From Bilabrum cf. latius (Eukaryota), in the NCBI GenBank assembly GCA_965178125.1, contig OZ237742.1:1364001-1411617 (forward strand): DNA of 47,617 nt, written 5' to 3'. Position numbers and translations under genes: made by a program. Shown here in pieces: positions 1-11,072 of the stretch (its first letter is position 1; each line of letters starts with the position of its first letter). The notes beneath the pieces are model-generated. The model saw only the letters and a program-made list of their open reading frames with translations. It was not told the DNA's origin and searched no databases.

Positions 1-744
1 CTGGAAGACCCCCGAGGGGAGGGAGCGGCTGGCCCACAGCACGGTGCACGGGGCATCCTGATCCTGATCCTGATCCTGATCCTGATCCTGATCCAGAACT
101 GCTGGTTGCGGGGCACTGGGGGCTGCATCCGGGTCCTGGAATAGCGGGGTGATGAGACCTGAAGGCTTGTTCGGCCCTGTACCGACAGCTTCCATCGGCA
201 GTGCCTTTGGCTCGCTCCCAAGTCCAGGCAGCACCCGCGCTCCGGCCCGTCGCTCCCTCGCGGCTGCGCGCTGGCGACTGCGGCTGCCGGCACCGATCTA
301 GCCTGAAGACTTCAACGATCCGTTTGTCTACGCATTGTGAGCAGCCATCATCGCAGGGTGAGGCTTGAGACCAGCCTGAGCGAACGTCATGTGAACCACG
401 CGAGCCGCTGGTCCCACCACGCAGTATGAACCCGACGGCGTTCCAGTAGCCGAGGGAGGTTTCGCACGCGCATCAATAAGAGCGAATGCGGGCACAGGAG
501 CAAAAGTGATCAGGCCGGAGCAGCGCATAGCAAGCTACTTGGTGTAACAAGACTTGTGCTGACTCTCGATGCTTGCTGCGCAGGCTTCAGCGCGAGATGG
601 CTCCCGACTGGGGCGCGTGTCGCCATCGATATGGTCCATGGGTATAACTGCAGCGCCAAACGCAACAACTGGCTCCTGCTTGCTCTCTTCAGACCGGCCC
701 AAAGACTGCCGTGCACCACGCAGCACTGACGAAACAGAGCTCAT
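1..744 (-). CDS. 5' part of a gene running off the window; possibly tubulin-tyrosine-ligase-like (TTLL) family
   Basis: ORFs 535..780 and 328..528 share one frame. It continues to base 1 through three TAGs (537-535, 330-328, 300-298) with no TAA/TGA. The segment YCVVGPAARVVHMTFAQAGLKPH...CTVLWASRSLPSGVFQ resembles the region just before the QxxNHFP motif of TTLL proteins (family call tentative). The (GATCCT)n at ~55-94 encodes a Ser-Gly linker. Start Met uncertain. Confidence 0.5.
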
Positions 745-1000
745 TCGGGACGCTGGGACTGCCTCGAGTTGTTCACGCAAAAAGTATGCGCATGGCGACA
801 GTCCTGACTAGAATATGACAGTTTGTGGCTAGCAATTCGAAGAGGTGCGATTTCAACCGTCATTAGCAGGTGTGTGATGAGTGACTATAGGTGGTGCTTC
901 CGATTGGCGGAAAGACGCCTATTCTCAACAGTAGCACACATTGTTGCCTCGGTTAACAACATAATCATATTTTTCTACTATTTTGGACGCTTGAAGAGAA

Positions 1001-2779
1001 ATGGCGAAGCAGTTGAACTGGGATGACTTGGGTAAGACCAGCTTTACTACTCAAGGGCCGTGGCAAGCTTGCGTTTGAACCATGAGCCCCTACAGATACC
1101 CCCATCCCTTCTTTACCTCGCAGATAAAAACAAGTTTTATGTGTACAGTCCAATGGTTTTCTTCATGGTCCGCTTGGTCAACCACCCTGGTGAGACTTGT
1201 CACGATGAGCACATGGTCCGCCTCCAAGTATAGCTTCCGTACGTTGGCGTCCATCTGAACCCGAGCACGAACACAGTGAGGAATTTTAACGATTAACGTA
1301 CTTCATTTCGCAGCTACATTGGTAAAGACGCGACTGCAGATGCAGAAAGAACGCGTAGCTGGGGGTCTAGGTGCTAGGTAGTACCGGGGCTCGTGGCACG
1401 CGGTTTAGTCGATCGTGAGAGAGGAGGGATTTCGAGGTCTTTGGAAAGGTTTCGGGACGAACTCGCTTAACCTGGCAGTAGGACAGGTGTACATTACAAT
1501 CTTCGAATACCTGAAGACCCCGCGGGTGTTCGGCAGCAGCGTACCGGAAGAAGCTCGCACTGCGATGGCTGCGTGCACAGCCGTGATGACGGCGTAGACA
1601 CTGGCAAATCCCATTGATATCCTTGCCCAGAGACTCATGGTAGAGCGTGGGGATGGCCGCAGCACCGCAGGAAATGCTCAGGGCGCTGCAGGGGAGTCTG
1701 CCAGCAAGACGGCGGGCAAGGGTGCTGGTGCCTCGGCCTCCAGCAGCACGCGCGGCATGCACACGATGGCAGGAGAGTGGGCGGGCAATTCAAGGCAACA
1801 AGGTGCCTCTGTACCTCGGGGATACAGCCGGGCAGGGGCTCTTGCTGCACGGGCCGCTGGATCTGCAGGGGTAAGCACGGGCCGGTGGGCCTGGTCCGCG
1901 GCTGTCTCTGGCGGTGTGACGAGTGCGAGGAGAGCTGCCAGGCGCGCGGCGGGGAGCTGGCGCCGATGGCTGTCCAACGGAGAGCCGGGGGAGGGCGCGA
2001 AGGGGACGGGCCCGCGAGCCGCTGGCTCTGGGGCTTCCGGTGCAGGCGTTAGGACTGGGGCAGGTGTGGGGGTGGGGGCTGGGTCTGGGGCTGCTGGGGC
2101 GTCGTCAGGCGGAACTATGTCGGTCCCGTCCTCTGTGGCGTCTTCCAGCCGTCTGCGGGCGGCGGAGCGGTTCCCGGGTGCGTTGGGGAACAGGGGTGGG
2201 TTGCTTGCGCCCTTTGTGCTGGCCTCGTCGGTGTGGCGGGCCGAGGGCATGCGGGGGTTCTACAGGGGGTACTTCGCCGCTATCGTGCAGAATGCGCCTA
2301 GCTCTGCGCTCTGGTGGTCCTCGTACGGGTACTACAGGAAAGCCATGCTCAGGGGCATGGGCTCGGCAGGGGCAGGGGGAGGGGGCAAGAAGGCTGCGGC
2401 GGGTGCAGCGCAGAGCAAACCGGGGCAGGTGCCGGGGCACAACAAGTTCGCCGCAGATGCTGGGCCATCACCTGGTCCCAAGGCAGCCGAAGGCAGCGAG
2501 TTTGGTGGTTGGCGGGAACGCGTGTGCGAGTCTGTTTCCGGGGCCATGGCTGGCACCACCGTGGCGATTCTGGGCAACCCGCTGGACGTGATCAGGACTC
2601 GGGTGCAGGTGGAAGGGGGCACCGTGTCGGGTGTGACGAGGGAGATGCTGGCCCAGGAGGGCGTCTCGGCGCTGGGAAAGGGCATCACAGCGAGGATATG
2701 GATGCTGGCGCCCAACGGAGCCGTGATCATGACTGCCTATGAGCTCATCAAGCGACTCTCGGCCAAAGACGCGGAGTGA
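1001..2779 (+). CDS. Mitochondrial carrier, SLC25A44-like; 3 exons (1001-1031, 1124-1189, 1314-2779), 520 aa
   Basis: Spliced product MAKQLNWDDLDKNKFY...NHPATLVKTRLQ...EGFRGLWKGF...NPIDILAQRL...EGMRGFYRGY...NPLDVIRTRVQ has three carrier-repeat signatures. Introns GTAAG..CAG (1032-1123) and GTGAG..CAG (1190-1313) keep the frame. In-frame TAG at 1379, 1406 and 1595; ends TGA. Confidence 0.9.
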
Positions 2780-2937
2780 AGGAGCGATCGAGCGGGCACG
2801 TGGTCCAAGCGAATGATTGGATAGCATGACGTGGTGTGCGAGGCAAGAATGAACAGAAGCACTGAACCTGGATCAACACAATTCACATTTTGTTCACGGC
2901 AAGAAGGTTGGCCCACCCCCCTCACGCCACGGGTCCC

Positions 2938-4233
2938 TCACGCCTTGCCACCGGCCGCCTGTGCCGCCACCGCCGCAGCTGCCTTCTCGATCTCGGCCTG
3001 GTCACCCAGGTACCTCCCGCTGAGCGTGCCCTTGGGCTCCCCGTTGCGGCGCAGGGGCAGCATGTCGGGCCCCAGCTCGTACACGAGAGGCACGCCCGTG
3101 GGGATGTTGAGCTCCGTGATGTCCTCGTCGCTGATCGCGTCCAGGTGCTTGACGAGTGCCCTGAGGGAGTTGCCGTGCGCCGCGATGAGGAGCCGCTTCC
3201 CGCTGCGGATGTGCTGCTCCACGTTGTCCTCCCACCACGGGATCACCCGCTTCACCGTGTCCTTGAGGCTCTCGCTGCGGGGGATGTCCCCGGGGGCCAG
3301 CTGGGCATACCTGGGGTCATTCCCCGAAAAGTGGGGGTGCGACTCGTCCAGCTCCGGGGGAGGGATGTCGTAGCTGCGGCGCCAGATCTTGACCTGGTCC
3401 GCCCCGTGCTTGGCCGCGGTCTCTGCCTTGTCCAGCCCTGCGAGAGACCCGTAGTGCCTCTCGTTGAGGTGCCAGTCCTTGCGCACCGGGATCCACAGCT
3501 GGCCCATCTCCTCGAGGGCGGTGTTGCACGTCATGATGGCCCTGGACAGCACCGAGGTGAAGGCCTCGTCGAACTCGAGGCCTTCCTCCTTCATCAGCTG
3601 GCCCGCCTGCCTGGCCTCGGCCTTGCCTGCATAGGGGGGAGCACGGGACAGGCGAGAGCGTGGCGAGATAGGGAGTGCGCAGATATTGCTGTACCGATAA
3701 TGCTGCGGTCCTAGATCCAAGCAGTTGTGTCGCTGATACTAGCGGCAATTTGCGGGAAGCGGCATGGCTGGTGGGCTGCCCACCACTGCTCGATCGGCTG
3801 GCTTTGGTCACTGGGCGGTCTTCGCCCACTCGCACAATGCAGCAAACTTTCTTCGGGCTGCTGTTCGCCGCTCAGCAAGATACAGCACGCGCACGCCCGA
3901 AGTTGCCCAGAACCATGTCGCATCAGCAACCTGTCACTCCGTGGATTCGAAGATCCAAGCCTTCCTCACCTTGTTCAGTTAGCTTCACATCCACCCAGCC
4001 AGTGAATCTGTTTTGCAAGTTCCATTCGCTCTATCTGCACGAAACATATTGAAACGTCAGTCCATTCTAAGTGTTCAGCGAAGCAGCGCTAGCATCTGGA
4101 TGTGACTGGCAGGTGATTTCTCATGACGCGCACCTCACCCGTGCCGCATCAAGACCAAAGTGTGGCTGCTTGCGAATCTCCGCGCTCCCTATGATCCAAA
4201 CAAGCGACGAGATAGCCGTCCAACTCGCATCAT
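2938..4233 (-). CDS. gpmA: 2,3-bisphosphoglycerate-dependent phosphoglycerate mutase with N-terminal mitochondrial presequence; exons 4233-4139, 4034-3970, 3626-2938 (282 aa)
   Basis: Spliced sequence [28 protein letters not shown]...FTSVLSRA...WHLNERHYG...[10 protein letters not shown]...SESLKDT...AHGNSLR...[13 protein letters not shown] matches all dPGM motifs. Introns 4138-4035 and 3969-3627 are GTGAG..CAG. TAG at 4191-4189 and 4033-4031; ends TGA. Confidence 0.95.
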
Positions 4234-4500
4234 TCTGCTACAGCCAAAGATTTTCTGTGACCTGGGCGAGGCGCCGACCGGTCGCAAACAGAAACCGCGA
4301 AACAACCGGAAACAGCGGAACCGAGAGGCGCCGCGAATCCAAGACATCCGTGTGATGAGTGGAATTGACCGGTTCTTTCCGTGGGCATGTCAGCCGACGA
4401 ACTGGCTGTTCCACGGCCATGTGGAATCATAACTTAAATCAGTGAAATCCACAGACTCCAATTCAGCTTCGCGTCACACCAATTAGTGTTCTCGCTTGCC

Positions 4501-5763
4501 ATGTCGGGTACACAGGCCGCACATTAGCTTGTCCTCGAGCGCTGGTATGGTGGCCGAATTGGAGTCGACACAGAAGAAACGGGGCCATTTGAGGCCAAAA
4601 GTGGAGGATCGCTCTCACGCTTTATCGAAAAGGAGTCTCTGGAAAAGTCAGTTCCGATGGTGATTCGGCAGTTCGGACGCAGCTTTCCGGACGGTTGTCC
4701 AGACTGGGCAGAGATCCGGGCTATGTGCGGCAGGAACCAGGAGGCAACGGTCGCTGTATCAAGAGGTGTTGAGGAGCATGACGGGCCAACCACTAAAGTT
4801 CGAGTACCAGTGCCGCTGGCCGACTTTGTTGATGGCATCCTTGCTGGAAACCCAGAAGCTGCAGTGGTGCAAGCACAGTCCAGCTCTGGTGACGACGAGA
4901 TGACATCATAGGCAGGCGGCTGCTCATCTGAACCCTAGGTTGATGGCTCCTCGCAAAAGCCCCGCGGTGACGGCGTCCTGTATGCCAAGCAGTTCGACAT
5001 CGTGTCCCTGCTGCCCGAGCTCAAGGCGCGCCTGCCCAGCTGGAGCGAGCCGCTGGCACTGGCCCCTGCCACGACCGGGCTCGGTGGGGACCGCATTAAG
5101 GAGGTTAGTTGCAAGGGTCTCTTCAGTCCCTGGCGCTGCCTGCACACAGTGTGCGGGTGGATCGCCCCCGCGGGTGCAGTCACCGGCGCTCACACGGACG
5201 ACGAGCACAACGTCCTGGTGGTGCTCGCGGGGGAGAAGGCAGTCACCCTGGTGCCGCCTGCGGACGCGAGACTGTGCTACCCGAACAGCAAGTATGACAG
5301 CGGCACGGTGTGCTTCGACGCCAACATCGAGTCCCCCGACCTGGGGGCACACCCATCGGTGGCCCGGGCCAGGAGACAGACGGTCCTGCTGCGGGCGGGT
5401 GACGCCCTGGTGCTGCCGCAGGGGTGGGTGCACCAGGTGAGGAGCCCCGTTGCATCTGCCAGCCTCAACGTGTTCGCAAGCACTGTGGGCGAGGCGGTCA
5501 CTCACGGGGCGGGCAGGATGCTGGCGGAGTGGATGCACGGCATTGGGGTGTACCGGTGGGGGCACTGCGTGTGCCATGCAGCGCCAGATTGCAAAGAGTG
5601 CGGTTGGGAGGATGACGAGTGCGGCAGGGAGGTCAAGGACAGGGCCCGGGTGGCCAGGGGCTCGCTGCTGGCGCTGGCGGGGGCGGCGGTTGGCGTCGGG
5701 CTCGCGGGCGCGTTTGCGTCTCGAATGGCCGCGGTTGGATCGGGATGTCTCGGACTGAGATGA
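4501..5763 (+). CDS. JmjC/cupin-8 2-oxoglutarate Fe(II) oxygenase (420 aa), hydrophobic C-terminus
   Basis: One frame from ATG 4501 to TGA 5763 through TAG at 4525, 4909 and 4936. Motifs PMVIR, LYAKQFDI..LPEL, WI...TGAHTD (HxD) and LRAGDALVLPQGWVHQV (distal His). Confidence 0.85.
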
Positions 5764-5915
5764 CAAGGATTTGGGTGCAATCAATCCGTACGCTTCGCCA
5801 TTCACGATCGCTTGACTGCTTGGACCACCGGAGGGCCGACTTGAGTTCCGCTGCTCCTCGCGTTGATGCGCGGCGCCAATATATTTGAATCTAAGAACTG
5901 CAACCCCAAATTACC

Positions 5916-8900
5916 ATGGCGGCAGCGTCTGCAGCCTCTACCGTCGACGGTTCATGGGTAGAAATATTTGCTAGCTCAGATGTGGCCGGAGTTGATTTCG
6001 ATTCTGACGGAAAGATCCTGGGTTGTGGTGGAAAGGAGGACGACCGATGCGGTGTCCGCTACTATAAGTCTACGGTGAAGGCATCGGAAGAGCTTTACGA
6101 TGCAGACTTCTTGCGTGGACCATCGCAAACCTTTGAATTGGTTCACTATGGCAAGCATGGATTCGGACGCAACGAGGCCGCGATCTTCGTTGGATGCGGG
6201 GACGAAGTGCACCGCCTCAACCCAATCACAATGTCACCGAAAGGAATGGTGCTCAAGGCCCAGCTCAAGATTTAGAGCATCCATACGTGTCCTTCCAAAG
6301 CATGGGTGTGAGTTCGCAGATTTCTCACTAGGCAACCTACGTCTCTGGATCGCGTCCCGCATTCAAACCAGAGCGCGTCGCGTTTCATCCCCACAAGGCA
6401 GACCGATGCGTTCCTTTGCTTCCAAGTAGGCCATATGGCATGATACAGATGATTTCCCTGTTTCGCTTGCTACTTCATTCGCAGGGTCGTGGCCAGTGAG
6501 GACGGCGACCTCGCTTTCTTGTCCACGGCGAACCACGAGGTCCTCTTCCGGGAGCGCCGCGCCCACGGAGGAGCAGGACTGCGCCACGCCCAGTTCTCCC
6601 CGTGTGGAAACTACGCTGCGTCCCTGGACTGCGAGGGCAAGGTCAGGTTTTGGTGCACCGCGCGGCTTCCCGCAGACGGCAAGCCAGCGGCAGGCACGGA
6701 CATGGGAGACGCCGAGTGGCGGGACTCGGTCCGCCCCATGCCCCTTGGGCCCGATGTGCGCGCCCTGGAAGATATGCCCGCCGGCGACAAGGCCCCCGCG
6801 GCTGCTCTTAGGGGCCAGGGGGAGGAGGTGCCCGGCCTGCGGCTGAGCTGGCACCCGTCCTCCCTGGCAGTGGCTGTGCCGGGGGCCAGGCACGTGCTGC
6901 TGGTCAGGAGGCCCAGGAGGGTGGGGCTGCCTGCGGGGAGCCCGCCCTCGCAGGAAGAAGCTGCCACCGGAGTGCTGCGTGCCGCTCGTGCTGCCAAAGC
7001 GGCCGTGCACAGGTGCCCCACTGCAGCCATGTCGCTGGCGTGGTCTCCCGGAGGCAGGCTGCTGGCGTGCGCCACGCTGGGAGGAAAGGTGAGACGCACT
7101 GCGGAGAGGATCCACTCGTCGTGCTGCAGCACGCTGCACCCCGTTTGCATCGCCCCTCCTGTGCCCTTCCTCACCGCACTGCACTGCACTGCCCCCCCCC
7201 TACAGCCACCCCCTGTGCCACACCCGCAGCTCATGTACCTCAAGGCACCCGCCGACGAGGACTCCACGTGGGCCCAGTGGCGGGCCCCCGATGCCTCCTT
7301 CCAGGCCCCTGAGAAAGCCCCTGTCTTCGCCCCCACGGGGCCGCTGGCTGACCTGGGATCAGCGGTGTGCGAGCTCAGGTGGAGCGAGGCGGGGACCCAG
7401 CTGGCCGCAGCCAACAGCGGAGGCTAGCTCCTTGTGGATGCTCCCCCTATTGTGGACGCGGCTGAGGGTGCCCTGGGTGAGGCCAAGGTCGCTGAGAAAC
7501 CCGGCGCTGTTGCCGAGGGCTCGGCAGCGAGTGCGGATGGGGCCAAGCAGGAGGAGGAGGATGAGGAGAAAGCCCCAGAGGGCAATCCAGCCGAAAAGGA
7601 AGCGAAGGACGGTAAGGACGAGGAGGACCAGTCGCCCTCGCTGAGCCCCGAGGAGCTGGCAGATCTGGAGGCGATGCAGGCCATGGTGGACGGGGAAACG
7701 GAGGAGGAGAACAACGAGGATGCTCAGCAGGGACAGGCCAGAGAGGGATCGGCCCAGGTCGACTCGAGCAAGGAAGAGGGCTCGGAGGAAGGGGAGGCCA
7801 AGGAGGAGTCTGCCGAGGTGGTATCGCTGGCGATGCTGGCCGAGGAGGAGGACTCGGACGAGGACGAGGAGCTCGCGGGGGCGCGCAACATGGGCAAGCG
7901 GAGGAAGGGCAGGAAGGCGAGGAGGGGCGCGGGGCTGCTGGACGATGAGGCGGCAGAGGGCAGCGACGGGGAAGAGGGGGGCAGGGGCGAGGACGAGGAC
8001 GAGGACGGGGAGGGCAAGCGTGTGGGTGGGATCAACCGCATGCGTGAGATCCTGGAGCGCCAGGAGCAGCTGGCTCGGCTGGTGGAGGAGTCCGAGGAGG
8101 CCAGGGAGCGCGAGGACAGGGCGGCCAGGACGGACAAGAGGGGCGAGGGGGAGAAAGACGCGATGGCGGAGGCCATGGTGGGTGCGGAGGAGGGGGCTGA
8201 TGCGGCGGATGGAAGCACGTAGGGAGTGGGGATCGGGCAGCAGGCCATGGACGGCGAGGGGCCGCACGACGATGACGAGGAGGAGGACGTAGACGAACAC
8301 GAGGGCGCGGATGGGGGCGTGGACCATGCGCAGGCCGGCGGGATGATGATGATGCAGGGGCCCATCGCCGCCGCCCCCGTCTCTCACCCCGTGGTGCAGC
8401 CGGGCGCAGCGCCGCCCACCCGGAGAGACCCGACCCGGTCCTACCTCTGCTGGAACCCCTTCGGCACCGTGGTGCGCAGGGAGGCGCACGACGCTGACGA
8501 GGTGCGCGTGGACATCGAGTTCGCCGCGCTGGCGGGGCAAGGGGGGGACAGGGACGGGGCGGGCTCAGCCGATGCAGGTGGGCTCGGGAGGGCAGCTAGT
8601 GCGGGTCGGGTGCAGATCAACGAGAACGCTGCGGGGGTGACCTGCGCGACGGTCGGCGCTGCGGGCGCTCTGCTGTGCTGTCCTGAGATCGAGGAGGACG
8701 GGGAGGAGGACGAGGAGGTGCGCAAGAGGAAGAAGGAGGCGCGGAAGAGGGGCGAGAAGTACGTGGGAGGGGAGGCCGCCACTGTGCAGTTCGTGCCCGT
8801 GAAGAGGTGGGACCTGGGAGGGGGGGCGGCGGGCCAGGGGCAGTGGGTGCTGCCGCTGCCCCGCGGGGAGGACGCGCTGGCCTGTGCCGTGGGGAGGGAG

Positions 8901-10976
8901 TGGTGCGCGGTGGCGACGAGCCAGAGGATGCTGCGAGTGTTCGGCCCTTCTGGAACCCAGGAGGCCCCCCTGATGCTCCCAGGGCCCGTGGTCTCGATGG
9001 CCGGCAGGGGGCCCCTCCTCCTGGTGGTGTACGCCATGGCCCCTGCCAGCGCGAGGCAGCACCCCTTGGGGTGGCAGCTCATGGCCTGCCCGGACTCGAG
9101 GTCAAGCCAGCTCGGGGGCCTGGCGGGGGTCGGGGGTGCCAGAGCAAGCAGGGGCAGGCAGTCGGGCGCTTCGTCCTCGTCGTCCTCTGCGGCGGGCAGG
9201 GGCGAGGAGGAGGAGCTGCTGCCCCTGGGCGCGCCTGCCGCGGTGGGCGTGGGCGGCACGCCGGGCTTTAAGGGAGTCGGGACTTCGGCCGGAATGCACG
9301 GCGGGCTGGGCGTGGGCACAGTCCCGCGGGTGCTCGCGCATGGCCAGCTGCCACTCCGGCCAGGGGCTAGGCTCGCGTGGGTGGGGGTGACGGCTGAGGG
9401 CGTGGCGTGCGCGCTGGACACTAGGGGGATGCTGACTGCGCTGTCTCCCGGGCACGGCTTCTCCTGGGTGCCCATCCTGGACCTGCCCTCGGACGGGGTG
9501 TGCATGCGCGCCGACGAGACGCCCTTCATGGTGGAAGTGGACGGGCGAGAGGCACAGCTGTACGTGTGCAGGCACGGGGAGAGGAGTCCTCCGCACGTGC
9601 CTCGCCCGCTGCCCATCAACGTGCCCCTGCGCGCCCCCATGGCCGGCATGCGGCCCGCCCTCAAGAAGAACGCCGCCCTCGAGGACATGCCCGTCCCCGC
9701 CTGGCAGCAGGACGCGGATGCGGTGCTGGTGCGCGTCAGGCAGGACGTGAGGAGGTGGTGCGCGGCGTGCGGGCTGCGCATGTCCCTGGGCAAGGGGGAC
9801 GCCCCTGGCGGTGACGTCAGCCGGGTGGCATCCGCCGCGGTGGGCACGTCTGGATGGGCGGCCACCAACCGCCGGGAGATCTTGGCGGCCAGGGGCTCCG
9901 ACAAGGCGGTGCTCAAGCTGCTGATCCAGTCTCTGCAGGGCAAGGGGCCAGGGGCGGCGGGAGGCGCGCTGGGGCAGGCGGGCGGGCCTCCCCGTGCCCT
10001 GGAGCTGGCTCGCAGGCTGCAGCTGCCCAGGTCCATGGAGCTCGCGGCCCGCATCGCGCAGCAAGCCAGCCCCCCGCAGCCCGCGCTGGCCGACCGCATC
10101 GCGCAGCTGGGGAGGGCGAGGGCAGTCGAGCGCCAGCGGGCGGCGGCACACCCGGTGCTGGCACCCTCGAATGCTGGGGTCCAGGCCTCTGCCTCTTCCT
10201 CTTCCTCTGCGGCTGCGGGGGGTGCCAGCACGGAGGAGGCCCGCACGGCGGCTCGCGAGGAGATCCGGGCAGTGGCCCCCAGGCTGGGGGAGAGGGCACA
10301 GCGGTTCGGGGCGGAGGCGGCGCGGGAGGCCATGGCGGGGCTGGAGGAGGCGCTGCTGGCGCGGCTGCGGGCCGAGATTGTAGCGCTGACGGGGACTGGC
10401 AAACCAGCGCTGGGGTCAAAGCGGGTGCGATTTGAGCGGGAGAATGAGGAGAAGGGCGAGAGCGAGATAGAGGGAGTCGCCGCATCGGGTGGGGAAAGCG
10501 CTGTCATGGAGGACGAGGAGGACAAGGCCCAAGTTGATGCGGACGAGCCCAAGTCGAAGAGGGCGAGGGTGCACGAGCAAGACGAGGACAAGGGCGAGGA
10601 AGCAGGGACGCCCCCTCCGGGGCAGCGGGGTGCCTCTGCACCTGGTGGGACCAACTCGGCGGTGAGGAGCGCCGGCGTGTCACCATCGCGCGGCAAGGGC
10701 TAGGGCAAGAGGCGCGGCGCAGGCGGGAGCAACCCGTTCGCTCGCCGTGAAGTGGCATCGCCTCCACGGCGTGGGGGTCTCTCTCAGCTGGTTGCAGGGT
10801 CACCTGCGAGGGAGGCTGACAAAGTGAGCCTCGGGCTGGACGGTTCTCCTGCACGCGGCGGCTCGAAAGCCTCCGAGGAGAGCAACGGAGCGATGCTGAG
10901 CCCGCTTCGCAGGAACAGCACCCTGGCACGCGAGGGCAGGCAGAAGATGAGGCACGACATCGACGCTATGGAATGA
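5916..10976 (+). CDS. WDHD1: Ctf4/And-1 (WDHD1) replisome hub protein; exons 5916-6307, 6485-7088, 7230-10976 (~1580 aa)
   Basis: N-terminal WD40-like repeats (AQFSPCGNYAASLDCEGKVRFW, SLAWSPGGRLLACA), an acidic linker, then a SepB-type domain (VVQPGAAP..RSYLCWNPFGTV; LPRGEDALACAVG.EWCAVATSQRMLRVF; LAWVGVT.EG...LDTRG...WVPILD). Five ORF-track pieces join through two GTGAG..CAG introns and TAG at 6273, 7425, 8220 and 10701; ends TGA. Confidence 0.85.
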
Positions 10977-11072
10977 TTTGAAATGACAACTAGAGCAATG
11001 CGGATTCAGCAGGCGCCTGCCACAGCAAAGTGCAAAACTGGACAAAAATATCGCCCCAGCAAGTGCCAGGGG

